Counted from the whole stretch's first letter, positions 47,817-60,410 are shown. The stretch: DNA of 60,775 nt, filler included, from Trichosphaerium sp. ATCC 40318 (GCA_038496445.1; 4 parts of 4 records of this genome joined end to end with filler, not necessarily neighbours in it), one strand, 5' to 3'. Program-made: numbers and translations. The notes: generated by a model not told the origin, from the sequence alone.

Positions 47817-50468
47817 TACCTGGTTGAGCCTGCCAGGAGTGATAAGCTTTCTCGAAGGATTAAGCCATGCAAGCTCAGCAAAGAGGTATCCTCGGAGCCG
47901 CAAACGGCTCCTTAAAACGGTCGTAACCCACCCGACAAGACTAATAATGGTCACGTCATTTTGCACACAGGAACTCGTTTTCCTAAACGCACTATAACCA
48001 AAACTCGTGGCCTCCCCCGCGGATAACCGGGATTAAAGGAAACCTGCGGCTAATACGTAATGCGCCTAGCGCTGCCGATGGGCCCCTCTGCTGCAAGGAC
48101 CCATCGGTCGCATCCAACGCTCAGGAGCGGACGATCACCCGATCCCATCTTGGTTCGCCAAGGGAAGCAGCCTCCCCTTAGGAAGCGGCGTCCGTACTCC
48201 GTCGGGAAGAGCGGCGTTGGGGCATGCGATGGAGTTATGAGGAGTTCTCTCTGACTAGACATGTTTCTAAAAAAAAATGTTAAAGTTTACATAAGTGAAA
48301 CTAGGTGAAAGAAAAATGAACATTGTTCAAATCTCGATCCTTCGCTGAATGTGCTTTTTCATAAAAAAGATCATATCGATATAAAGTTGAGAGTTCTCCC
48401 CCTCCACGAGTCGGAAGGGCGGCCGACCTATCAGCCAGGCGGTAGGGTAACGGCCTACCGCGGCAGTGACGGGTAACGGGGAACTAGGGTTCGGTTCCCG
48501 GAGAAGGGGCATTAGATACGGCCCCTGTACTTACGGGTAACAGCAGGCGCGTAACTTGGCCATTGATTGCAAATCGAGCCAGCGACTGAGTGTAACGAGG
48601 CCGGCATTTAAACCGGTCGTCGCAATGAGGGGCAACTGAATGTCGCCCTGAGAAACTATTGGAGGACAAGTTGGGTGCCAGCACCCGCGGTAACACCCAC
48701 TCCGAAAGCTTATACTTTTGCTGTTGCTGTTAAAGCGCTCGCAGTCCAAACAACGACACAGCTGAGAGGGACAAGGTTTAGATATAAGAATTTATTCTTT
48801 GACAAACCCCCCGACTCTTTTTCATCGCCCGACCAGGCATAAATGGCTTCGCTCAAACGCAAGGTCAGTTTAGGCTTCGGCCGCTATGCCACCCACCAGC
48901 ATCCTGGAATTGGGCTTTAAAAAAACAAAAAACAACACTTTACCAAGTGCGACGCTCAAGTCTCATTTTACTAAGTATGAACAATATCCTAAATGCAAGT
49001 CTGAGTGAAAACTCATGTTCTTCATTAAGGGAATAAAAACATTGTGAATTACAAAAAGTATTTTTGAGAAAAACTTGAGTTAGTCTTCACACTAATAAAG
49101 AACACACGATTACTAGGTGCGTACGGGGTAGAGAGTGTGGTATCAGCGAGGAGTGAAATCTTTTGACCTGATCCAAACTACCCGAAGCGAAGGCGCTCTG
49201 CAAGGGCGTGGCCGGTGATCTAGAACGATGGTGGAGGGAGCGAAGCGGATTAGAGACCCGTGTAGTCTCCACAGTAAACGATGCCGACTGAATGGGCGCC
49301 GGGCAAACCAAGGCTCGGGGCCCGTTCCCACGGGAAACCGAAGTAATCGGGCCCAGGGGGGAAGTATGGTCGCAAGGCTGAAACTTAAAGGCATTGACGG
49401 AGCAACACCACCAGGCTCTGGAGGCTGCGGCTCAATTTGACTCAACGCGCGACAACTTACCGGGATCGGACGCTCTAAGGGGACGAACAGACTGAAGGGT
49501 CTTTTCCGAGTTAGCTAACGGTGGTGCATGGTCGTTTTAGGCTCGTGGACTTATCTGTCAGGTTTATTCCGATAACGGGCGAGATCGCTACTGTCACATT
49601 GATTCCCCCGCCTCGTGCGGGACCCCTGTGCAGGACTGACGGCGAAAAGTCGTAAGAAGCGGCGGCTATAACAGATCCGGGATGCCCCCAGATATTCCGG
49701 GCCGCACGCGGCCTACACTGCTTAGTTCAACGGGTTCCTGGGCCGAACAGGCATCCGGGCAAGCCCTGAAACCGCCAGAACACTTCTTCACGACAGCGAG
49801 TTAAACCTCAGATTTTATTATCTAAATACGACTACACTTAAACGCACCTTCGGAAACTACCACCTTCAAAACAAAGTCTGTCCTGAACCTAATATAAAGA
49901 GTTAACCCCCTCGTCGAGGCTTTTTAGGAAGTTAAATTCCTTTAATGTTAAGACGAGAAGCGCTGTTAGATGAAAACTTACATCTTTGGACTTTGTTCCT
50001 TAGTGTAAACATTGAAAGAGCTGTGGATCGTTTCAAATTAACAAACAAGGTTTCTTCTTCACTTAAATGCTTTGACTTGGAAGATTATATCTTTACCAAG
50101 GCAAACTTTATTATGAAGTAAGTTTCTGCAATGTTCATAAAAAAATACATGAAAGCGCACCGTGTGGTCGATTTGGATGTTAAGTGTGCTCAATGCTGCT
50201 TCTTCGAAAAGACACATGCGTGCTTAGGGACTGGTTGCTGTAACTGTAGCCACGAACGCGGAATGCCTCGTACAGGTGTGTCATCAACGCACCTGGAATC
50301 TGTCCCTGTTGCTTGTACACACCGCCCGTCGCATCGACCGATGTGGGTGCGAGTGAGACCAGGGGGACGACCGGCTTGCCGGTTATCGAACCTGCTCGAA
50401 CTTGCGCTCATAAAGGATGATGAAGTCGTAACAAGGTTTCAGTAGGTGAACCTGCTGAAGGATCAATA
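47817..50468 (+). rRNA. 18S rRNA: 18S rRNA, highly divergent, about 2.65 kb including AT-rich inserts
   Basis: Conserved blocks TACCTGGTTGAGCCTGCCAG, GATTAAGCCATGCA, GTGCCAGCACCCGCGGTAA, AAACTTAAAGGCATTGACGG, GGTGGTGCATGG, TTGTACACACCGCCCGTC and AAGTCGTAACAAGG...GAAGGATCA. Confidence 0.96.
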
Positions 50469-50707
50469 CTATTGGTATTTAACCCTTAGAAGCAATTAAA
50501 CCAACTTTTAACCAAGTTTAAAAGAAAAAAATTGGAGTATCAGCTCTGGTTTGGTAAATCTGATCTTACTTCGGTAATTGAAGATGTAATCATCCTCTGC
50601 TGTGGTGATATCTTGTATATCTGCCAGCTCCACAACCGCCATTTTGGCAAACCAAAAACACAGTCGTGGCACGACTATAAAGAACGTCAAGATTTTCGAA
50701 AGAAACC
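50469..50707 (+). other. ITS1
   Basis: AT-rich spacer between the 18S 3' end and the 5.8S-like block; boundaries approximate. Confidence 0.75.
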
Positions 50708-50873
50708 AAACCTTGTCGGTGAACGGTTAGGCACCTCCCCCGAAGAAGGCCATGGATCACTATGAAACCAGCCACCGGAATCGCTCTCATCTGAAGGTGG
50801 CATTGCCGAATGCCTCAGGCCGCGTTCTGTATTCTCACGAATCACAGGCAAAGGAGCGTGACTCAGCGACGCC
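50708..50873 (+). rRNA. 5.8S rRNA: 5.8S rRNA, divergent
   Basis: GC-rich block of about 165 nt with CGAAGAAGGCC and CCGAATGC equivalents of the GATGAAGAACG and TGAACGC motifs. Its 3' end GTGACTCAGCGACGC pairs with the 28S 5' GCGTCCTGAGTTAC. Confidence 0.8.
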
Positions 50874-51077
50874 AGCAAAACAAACACTAAATTTATTTGG
50901 TGCTGCGTATGGTGTACACACTTAATCTTCTAAAAAAAGAAAGTGGTTGCCACAACTAATTAATAAATTGCCGGAAGTGATGTTCCTCCAGAACTCATGC
51001 CTAGCTTACTTAAGCGAAGCTTTAGAGGGAAGGTTGGTTTACATACTGAACTGAAAGCATTAAAAAAACACAACTTG
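50874..51077 (+). other. ITS2
   Basis: AT-rich spacer between 5.8S and 28S; boundaries approximate. Confidence 0.75.
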
Positions 51078-53689
51078 CGTCCTGAGTTACACTTGGCGAC
51101 CTGCCTAAGTTAAGCATATCATTGGGGCAGAGGAAAGGAAACCAAAAGGGACTCCCTGAGTAGCGGCGAGCGAAAGGGGACAAGCTCAAGCCTGAATCCG
51201 AGCCTAGCATCGGAGTTGTGGGCTAAGGCGTGGTGGCTCTTCCAGACGTTGACGGGAATTACGCACGAGTCGTAGCCGTAGAGGGTGCGAGCCCCGTACG
51301 CTGTCAACCGAGGAAATAGAGTCCCATCGTCCAGGAGTAGTATGGTTTGGCCGTGCCATACGAAGTTACCGGGAGGTTACCCGGCAAGGCTAAGTATCGG
51401 GAGGTGGCCGATAGCGCACCAGTACCGTGAGGGAAGACTGAAACAGCACTCCTCGATAGAGGGTTAAAAGACCCGAAGCCGGCAAGGGTACAAATGGCAC
51501 GGAGTACGTAGGTGCCCTGCACCTAATCTGCACATGGCAGACGCTCTTGTAGCGAGGGAAAAGCGACCGGGGCCTTGTGCCCTGGAAGATTATAATGAAA
51601 CAAAACGTCGAGGGGAAAGTAATAGAGGTGACCAACACAAAAAAGTCATACTGGCTAATTGTGCTGTCCACACCATCCTACAAGCTGAAGAGCATAAAAA
51701 CGTGGGTTTGGTTGAAAGGACATCAAAAAGCACTTTTAAACCTTTAAATGATGTTGGTTCACTGAAACTACTGAAACCTCCGAATGTACGTCTTCTTCCG
51801 AAAGGAACGAAGTTCGTCATTCATCGTCCACAACCTCAATGAGGCTCTATGCCCTTATTGGGCCATGGCCTCCGTGTATCCCGTCTTGAAACACGGATCA
51901 AGGAGTTCGCCGAGCGTGCGAGGGTGAGAGATCAAACCTCCAACCCGCACAGAAATGAAGCCAAGGATAAGCTCCTAGGCCGTCAAGTTCTTTATATAAA
52001 AACAAACGTATTGCATTTTACATGTATAAGTTTGCAAAGATCGACATAAAAAACCGACTATGCTATTATCATGTTTTTATGTTACGCAAGTAATTAAAAA
52101 CACGTCACACCAAAGTAGATACACTTTGCCATCTCCGGCGTTGTTCTCTTGGCAGGCGATAGTACGTTGGGCGATACCCGAAAGGTAGCGATCTATACCC
52201 GAAAAGGGGGAAGGCGGGAGAAATCCCGCTGGACGCCCGTAGCGTTGCTGACGTGCAAATCGCTCGCCGGACATTGGGTATAGGGGCGAGAGACCAAACG
52301 AGCTGCCAACGTAGCTGGTACCGTTCGAAGTATCCCTAAGGATAGAGGGGGTCCGTGACGCCGGTCTCGTCTCGTAGAGCCACTGGAAAGAGGTATCGGA
52401 GGCCAAAGTTGCCATCGACCTATTATCAAACACATAAGAGGCGACCGATCACAGGCCGAATGGCTGTGATCACCGAGACGGTGGACCCCTATTGGGCCGG
52501 TCTTGATAAGCAGGACTGACGAGACGGTTTTAAACGCGAGCAGCAGCAAAGGCGCCCGAATAGGCAGTAACCAAGACAACGAAGGCGGTGTTCCAGTTTA
52601 GACAGCTGGAAGGTGGACATGGAAGTCGTCATCCTCTAAGGAGTGAGTAACTTCTCACCAGCCGAATTGGGACGCGCCGAAAATGGATGGCGCTAAACTG
52701 CCTTAGCCGCCGCTGCGCGATCGCCCCGGCTCGGCCCAGGGTGCGGTAGGACGGCGTGCTGGTGGCGTAGAAGGGGGGCGGTGGCGTCCACCCGGAGCCA
52801 CCAGCAGTGATGATCTTGGTGGTAGTAGCAATTGGAGCCTGGTGAAACAGTGTTTATCACAGCCAGGTCGCCCAAGTGGGGAAGGGTTTCGCGGTGATGG
52901 CATTCAGCTGCGAGTTAGCCGGTCCTAAGCCAGCTCCTAATAGAGTATACTGTTTGATGCTGGCAGACGACACTTGTTTGATGAACTTTACAAGTCTTGA
53001 AGATGGTGGAAGTCTGCGATGCTTTCAACTCGGCGAAAGGCAACCTGGTGAGTAATCCAGGGCATGGGTAAGGAGGATGCATTTGCTTTAGAAGTGGCAA
53101 CACTGAGAGAGAGAGCGCACGCGAGCAACCACACTTCTGCGGGGCCTTCTCCCGCGCCTAAGCTATTCGAGGGAAACTCCCCGGAGCCACGTAAAGCGGC
53201 GAAGGGAAAGAGTCGAGGGTAGCTAATGGGAAAGCACTTTTGCTTTCTAGGGGTGTTGGTGAGCTCGTTCTCACGAGGCTGCTCCTCTCCGAAGCCGACA
53301 CTTTCGGGTGTTCAGTGTCCTCCAGGCTCATACCGTACCGAAAACCGCATCAGGTCCCCTAGGTTAGTCACCTCTGGCGCTGCACGGTGTAAACGGCGTA
53401 AGGGAAGTCGGCATACGCGGCCCGTAACTTCGGGAAAAGGGCTGGCTCTGCTGACCGGGACCCGGGACGACGTGTATCTGCGCTACTTCAGTGTAGCCCC
53501 TTCGGGAATGGTACACAGTCCCTGCAAAGAGGTCCACAAGCGGATCATGGCGGAACTCTCAGAAGCTTAGAGAACCCAACTGTTTACTTAAAACTTAGCC
53601 CTTTGATACCTCCTCTGAGGTCTGACAAAGGGTGACTCCTGCCCAGTGCTTTGAAAGTTGCGGTGCTTAATTTCACCCAAGCACGGGTT

Positions 53690-53739
<50 letters not shown>

Positions 53740-54455
53740 GTAACTAATGACGCGCATGAATGGATGAATGAGGTTCTCGCTGTCCCTACGCCGACCGTGG
53801 CGAAACCACAGAGTCGCGAACGGGCGACTTTTCTACCAGCGGGGAAAGAAGACCCTGTTGAGTTTGACTCTCACCACGCTTAGGGGCTTGGCACTGGAGG
53901 TATAGGGTAGGAAGTAGTTTTTTACGAAAGGTGTAACACTTCTACTCCGGAGGTCGGGCCCCAGACGCATTCAAAACGGGCGAAAGCGCCTGCCTCTTCG
54001 GAGGACGTGGCGCTGCTCGAACCATACAAGTCGGTTCTTAGGATGAGGCGGGCCCAATCGAAAGTGCGGATTACCTTCCGATTCCGAACTTTGACAAGCA
54101 TTAAGGCGGACAGCGCGTGGCCGGGAGTTTGGCTGGGGCGGCACATCCGCTATAGGGTAACACGGATGACCTAAGGGGAGCTCAGTGGGGACAGAAACCC
54201 CACGTAGAGGCCAAGGCTAAAAGCCCCCTTGAGCAAGAGTGGAGCCATCGCTCTTGCACCCTAACGGGAGGCCTAGAGATCCCTCGTGACTAGTCATGTA
54301 ACCTGACACTGGGGTGACAGAAAAATTACCATAGGGATAACTGGCTTGTGGTCGCCAAGCGCTCAGAGCGACGCGACTTTTTGATTCTTCGATGTCGGCT
54401 CTTCCTATCCAGGTGTAGCAGAATGCTCCAAGGGTTGGATTGTTCACCCACTTAC

Positions 54456-54499
<44 letters not shown>

Positions 54500-54842
54500 T
54501 TACCCTACTGGTGGGCCTATTTTATTAACATGCGCGTCGTCGGTAGCGATGCCTCAGTACGAGAGGAACGGGCATCGGTGGCCTCTAGTGTCCGCGGACG
54601 TCCGAGAGGGCGGTTCGCGAAGCCACGCCATTGGGAGTACGGCTGAAGGCCTCTAAAGTCGGAAACCCAGCCGCCAAGAGCCGCGCGGCGACACTGTCGT
54701 TGCTGCGCCTCCTCGAACGAAAGGCTTCGGCCCGCAAAGGTTCTACACTATGGCACAAGTAGCACGTCTTAGCAAACGCCCGCAGGGGCCCCGTAAACCA
54801 CGGGAACTCGAACAGGGTCTTAGGGCATTTACTGTTGTAAGC
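51078..54842 (+). rRNA. 28S rRNA: 28S rRNA, highly divergent, running to the gap
   Basis: Conserved blocks TTAAGCATATCA, GTACCGTGAGGGAA, CCCGTCTTGAAACACGGA, TAACTATGACTCTCTTAAGGTAGCCAAATGCCTCGTCAT, peptidyl-transferase region GATGTCGGCTCTTCCT and GAGCTGGGTTTAGACCGTCGTGAGACAGG, and sarcin-ricin loop AGTACGAGAGGA at 54556. Confidence 0.96.
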
Positions 54843-54942
54843 NNNNNNNNNNNNNNNNNNNNNNNNNNNNNNNNNNNNNNNNNNNNTTAATTAATTAANN
54901 NNNNNNNNNNNNNNNNNNNNNNNNNNNNNNNNNNNNNNNNNN
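54843..54942. other. Assembly gap with TTAATTAATTAA linker
   Basis: 100-nt N run with central linker. Confidence 0.98.
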
Positions 54943-56190
54943 TCATCAACTACAATAGCTTGGGTAGATGAAATGGCCTTGGCTTTGATTTGTTGTTGCT
55001 TCAATGTTTGATGCAATTTTTGTATACTTGATTGATTTTCCAATACAACCTTTTGGATTTCCTATTCTTTGTGATTAACTATTAACTTGATAAGTTTATT
55101 TTATTACCTTAATTGTTTTTGCTAATGAAGATATTTGATCAGCCAGTTTTACAATATTGTCATGATTGGTATCAATTTTTTTCTCCAAAGCAGGCCAACT
55201 CTTGTTTATGTTTCTCAACAAAGATAATGCTTCAGTATTAGTAACAGTAGTGCTAAGAAATTGTGAACATTAATAAATAAATAAAATTCTACTTACTTTT
55301 GAGCTTGTTTTGATGGACCAGAAATGCGTTTTCTTTTGTTTGAAGTATTAGAAGTAGTAGAAGCCATGCTGTGAAAAACCAACTCACCAGATGGCAAGCG
55401 TACAACAGCTCCATAAGATTTTTTTCTTGTAAAAAACAAAATGGTACCGTGTTGGTTTTTTTCTAAAACTAATATCGAATCTCCAGCATTGACTAAACCC
55501 TTTCCTTTTTGATAAAAATGCTTGAAAGTTGATGTATACTGCAAAAACTCTTGTTGCATTGCAATTGCAGTGCCAAACAACATGTTGTTGGAAGATATTG
55601 TTTGAGTATCAGGATATTTCTAGAAATAGTAAGTATAATATACTCACATTGTTTAAAACTCATACCACAGCCAACAATAAAATTGTAGACAAATCTTCTG
55701 GGGCCACATTGTCAATTATTGTCTTTGAAACTCCATTTTCTTCAGCAAGTCGTTTGTAATAAGATCTTTTTTGGTCAGGCTCAATTTTCAAGGATTTGTA
55801 ATGGACAGATTTCAATTTTGAAGTCTAAGTTAAAATTAATAATCTGTTTTAATTAATAAATTTACCTCTTTAACCTTTTGCTTTAATTCTGCAGCTGCGG
55901 TTTTGACTTCGTCATCCAATCCCTTAATAGTTAAAACATAACGAAGAAATACAAAGACTGCATTCAATTCGACCAATTTTAAATCTGAAACATATTCATC
56001 TATCTTATCAAATTCTGAGGGTGGTTCCAACATATCTTGCCATGCTTTTTCTGTCCATGAACAATCAATACATTCATATTTATCAGAGGATAGTGCATCA
56101 TGGTTTGAAAAATAGAACTTGGTTTGAATCATCGACGGTTTACTTCTTATAATTTTCTTTGCCTTTGGTGAAGAGAGGGCCTACAATTAA
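54943..56190 (-). CDS. Unknown intron-containing protein transcribed divergently from the transposase; both ends uncertain
   Basis: ORFs 55836-56132 and 55293-55583 and neighbouring exons link through short AT-rich GT-AG introns. It contains a KRKR NLS-like motif and a coiled-coil-like distal part. Confidence 0.55.
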
Positions 56191-56844
56191 GTTAGGTAAA
56201 ATACTTTATAACGAAGTATTACTACAACAAAAACAACATTTCACCAGGTATGTAAAATTTTTTTTATTTAACGTAAAACGCGTTCGCCGCGCCGTAACGA
56301 GCCTACGTATTCATTGAATACTGAATCGTTTTTTTGAGCCACGTGGCAGGTAACGCGCCTGTACTGTGGTCAAATATAAGCGCTTTAGACGCTATAAAGA
56401 CGGCGCGGCGATGCTAGGAAGAAAAAATAGATTTTTTACAGTGTAGCTTTTTAAAAAACGGCTACAGTAGCTGCTACGCGGACGCTATCCCATGCAGCGC
56501 GGTAAAATTTGAGATACCGCGAGATATAAACGCCGGCGCTACTGAGCTCAAATATTAAGCGTTTTTATGGGCGTACCATCGTTTAATGTGTTTTTAAATG
56601 CCTGAGAGAGTTTTTTTTTTGGATTACCAATTTTGACTTTTTTTTTTCTGTGTCAATTTTTTTTTTGATAATGTCTAACAATTGTAAAGGCTTAATGTCC
56701 CAATGGCAATAGCAAAATTAGTGTTAAAGGTATGCATACATTTTTTACTTTGAATTTTCAAGCTAACCCTTGATGTGAACTTCAATATCAATTTTTCCTT
56801 ACAATCATCTCTTTTTCTCTTAAATTTAAACCTTAAATGACAAT

Positions 56845-57800
56845 TTTTAACCTTCAATGTCAACCATCAATCACAACCTTCAATATCAACTTTTAATGTC
56901 AACTTTTAATGTCAACTTTTAATGCCAACCTTCAACCTTTAATCATCAATGTCAACCTTTAACCTTTAATGTTAACCATCAATGTCAACCTTCAACCTTT
57001 AACCTTCAATGTCAACCTTCAACCTTCAATCATCAATGTCAACCTTTAGCCTTCAATGTTAACCATCAATGTCAACCTTCAATCTCAACCTTCAATGTCA
57101 ACCTTCAACCTTCAATGTTAACCATCAATGTCAACCTTCAATGTTAACCTTCAACCATCAATGTCAATCTTTAATCATCAATGTCAACCTTCAACCTTCA
57201 ATGTCAACCATCAATGTTAACCTTCAATGTCAACCATCAATGTCAACCTTCAATGTTAACCATCAATGTCAACCTTCAATGTTAACCTTCAACCATCAAT
57301 GTCAACCTTCAACCTTCAATCTTCAATGTCAACCTTCAATCTCAACCTTCAATGTTAACTTTCAATGTCAACCTTCAACCATCAATATCAATCTTTAATC
57401 ATCAATGTCAACCTTCAACCTTCAATGTCAACCATCAATGTTAACCTTCAATGTTAACCATCAATGTCAACCTTCAATGTTAACCTTCAACCATCAATGT
57501 CAATCTTTAATCATCAATGTCAACCTTCAACCTTCAATGTCAACCATCAATGTTAACCTTCAATGTCAACCATCAATGTCAACCTTCAATGTTAATCATC
57601 AATGTCAACCTTCAACCTTCAATGTCAACCATCAATGTTAACCTTCAATGTCAACCATCAATGTCAACCTTCAATGTTAACCTTCAACCATCAATGTCAA
57701 CCTTCAATGTCAATCTTCAACCATCAATGTTAACCTTCAATGTTAACCTTGAATGTCAACTTTTAACCTTTAATGTCAATTTTCAATGTAAACCTTCACT
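56845..57800 (+). repeat. Tandem array of 13-bp (WTCAATGTYAACC) and 7-bp (TTCAACC) units
   Basis: Directly visible irregular alternation of the two units over about 950 bp. Confidence 0.95.
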
Positions 57801-57850
57801 TTAAGTTTTAAGACACAACTTTTACCATTAAGTTTAATCTATAATTTTAG

Positions 57851-60396
57851 GATAAAAACAAATTAGAACAACATTCAATTCAAGTAGATTATCTTGCTTT
57901 GGATTGTTCATGTCAATGTTACAACAAATTCAATGAATATGATATATTAAAATGCAGAAAAAGTTACTTGATGCAAAATGAATATAAACGTACCATGTTT
58001 TTAAAAACTTTACTTCTTGGTATGACTCCTGCACATGGATACAAACATATGCTATACAAATACAAGTACGTATTAATTTTTAATTATAAACTTATAAAAC
58101 TAGTGGAGTTACCATTTGCAAACAAGCTTTTATCATATTATATGGCACTACAAAATATAAACTTGAAAAAGCAGCTACTTTAGCAAGAAATAATGAAGTT
58201 CCTCCTCTTCATGGAAATGCTGGTATTATCACTGTTTTAATTTTTTTAATATTGTATTATAGGCCACCAAAATTCAAATAAAACCAGTATATGTTTTGCT
58301 TGGATGGCTGAATATATAGTTTTTGCAGATTATTTGCCTAATCAAGACAAAGTATGTTGTTTTAAATTGTATTACACTAATATTTCATAGATTTTATTGA
58401 AATCTCATGAAACAGTGCAATCTTTATATAACACCTTCAAAAAAGATAATTGTCATTTATCTCAAAAAGATTTACCTTGTTTATCAACATTTAGCAATAC
58501 TATAAAACAACATTTTAAAAATGTCAAATTTGGATACAGGACAAAGTATTTTATTTAAACTAATTGACAATAATTTATAATATAGATTAACGCATTGTAA
58601 TGATTGTGAATGGTTACAACAACAAGTCAAACATGCTGAAAATGATGAAATCAGAAATTATTATTTACAACAGTAAAAAACTTCTATTTTTTCTTTACTT
58701 ACATTATTTTTCATAGATATCAAAAACACTCTGCATTACATAAAGGGGAAAGACGTTTATATCAAAGAAGAAAACTTATTTCAAAAATAAATCCAAGTGA
58801 TTTTATGAGTGTTGCAATGGATGGCACTGATGGCATTAGATTACCACATTTTGCAAGACCTATTAAAAAATTTGGTAGAATGCCTAAATTTGATATTCAT
58901 GCTATGGGTAAACAAAATATAAAATGATATAAACTTATTATGAATAGGATTTTATAATCATGGATTATTTTTGAAACAATTGTTAATATCATATGAATCT
59001 CAGTATAAAAAAAATGCCAATTTTTCCATATCTACATTATTGTGGCATTTAAAATCAAGTATTGAATCTTATCATATGCAAGATCAACAACATCCTGGTT
59101 TGTTAACTATCACAGTATGTTTCAATATTTAATTTTAGCTTTTTATTTGTAAATAGGCAGATAATTGTAGTAGAGAAGCAAAAAATCAATGGATGTTTGC
59201 AACTTTAGCATGGCTTGTTGCACATGATATTTTTCATGAAATACAAGTGTATTTCTTAGTACAAGTATTTAAAATATGAAAGTAAATTACATAATAAGAG
59301 GTTTTAGGGACATACACACACTGACATTGATCAATTTTTTGGCACTATAAAAACTCAATTACGTTCAAATGATGTATTTTGTCCTCTTCATATTCAACAA
59401 GTAGTTGGACAATTAAAACACAATCCAGATGTTTGGGGTATATCAAACATATGGAACATAAAGAAATGGATTAGAAATTATGTTGGCAATATTAAAGGTA
59501 AAAATTATTTATAAAAAAGTGTGATAATTGTTGTAGGACATAAATTGCCACACGCTTTTAAAATTTCTAAAAAAATAGACAACAAAGTATATATGGCTTA
59601 CAAAAATTATGCACAAGCTGCTGAAGCTTGGGAAGTATGAAAGAATTAATATGTTTTGTTTTTAATCAAATATAGACTTCATCAAGACCAGCATTGTTAG
59701 TATTTCAAGATGAAGTACCTGATGATATGCCAGAAATTATTGTTCCTAATGCAATATCACCAGATAAATTACAAACTATTAGATGGTTTTTACCTTATAT
59801 TCATGATCTTGAAATCAAAGCATATTGGAAGTATATACAAACAAAAGGAAAAGAAATTCCCAATCCATATGAAACTTTAGCATGGGTTTACAATCACAAG
59901 TATAAACACAATCAAATTAATTTACAAGGTAAATAATCTTTTTAAATAATACTGTTAATATGTTTTTAAGGCAATATAAACTTGATTACTACTAATAGAA
60001 TGCAAATTTTACCTCCAAACAAAAAAAGGAAAAGGTCTTGGCTTTCTTTTTCAAGAAAAAAACGACGTGTTTCTTTTTTAAACATTATACCTACACATGA
60101 TGTTTTACAAATAAAAAACAAACGAATATCAGTATATTGGACAAAAGATGATGTTATTGTTGAAGGTTAGTATATGTTTAAAAACAATGTTTGAAATTAA
60201 ATTAGATGCAAATGGTTGGTATGATGGAACTGTTGTGCAATATTCACCAAGTTACAAATCTTGGGAAATTAATTATGATGATGAAGAGGAAAATATTTAT
60301 GAAAATTTATTTCAAGTACAATGGGAACCTATTGGTTGGACTTTAAGTGACAATCAAAAAAAAATGATAAAAAACAATAAACAATTGTTTGAATAA
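57851..60396 (+). CDS. Intron-rich Sola-like (DUF7869-type) DDD transposase with C-terminal Tudor-like domain; a candidate first exon lies at 56703-56729
   Basis: About 13 exons splice into an open frame with ICKQAFIILYG, CNDC...H...H, SVAMDGTD, ADNCSREAKN and FLVQGHTHTDIDQFFG, ending in RISVYW...WYDGTVVQY....WEINYDD. Confidence 0.8.
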
Positions 60397-60410
60397 AATT
60401 ATTAAACTTA

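Noticed and set aside
49776-50217. Group I or spliceosomal intron in 18S
   Set aside because: No GT-AG ends and no recognisable P/Q/R/S core. The GACUA present pairs in a simple long-range stem. This was not formally excluded without a covariance-model search.
53710-53725. R2 retrotransposon or homing-intron insertion site in 28S
   Set aside because: The CTCTCTTAAGGTAGCC site is intact and uninterrupted.
48050-54656. Many short ORFs on both strands in the GC-rich region
   Set aside because: They overlap rRNA genes and are incidental.
56845-57800. CRISPR array or telomere interpretation of the tandem repeats
   Set aside because: There are no unique spacers or cas genes. The array is internal, degenerate at its edges and mirrored by an inverted copy.
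57069-57804. ORFs with STFNLQCQP-type peptide repeats
   Set aside because: These are translations of the 13/7-bp DNA array; the unit lengths are not multiples of three.
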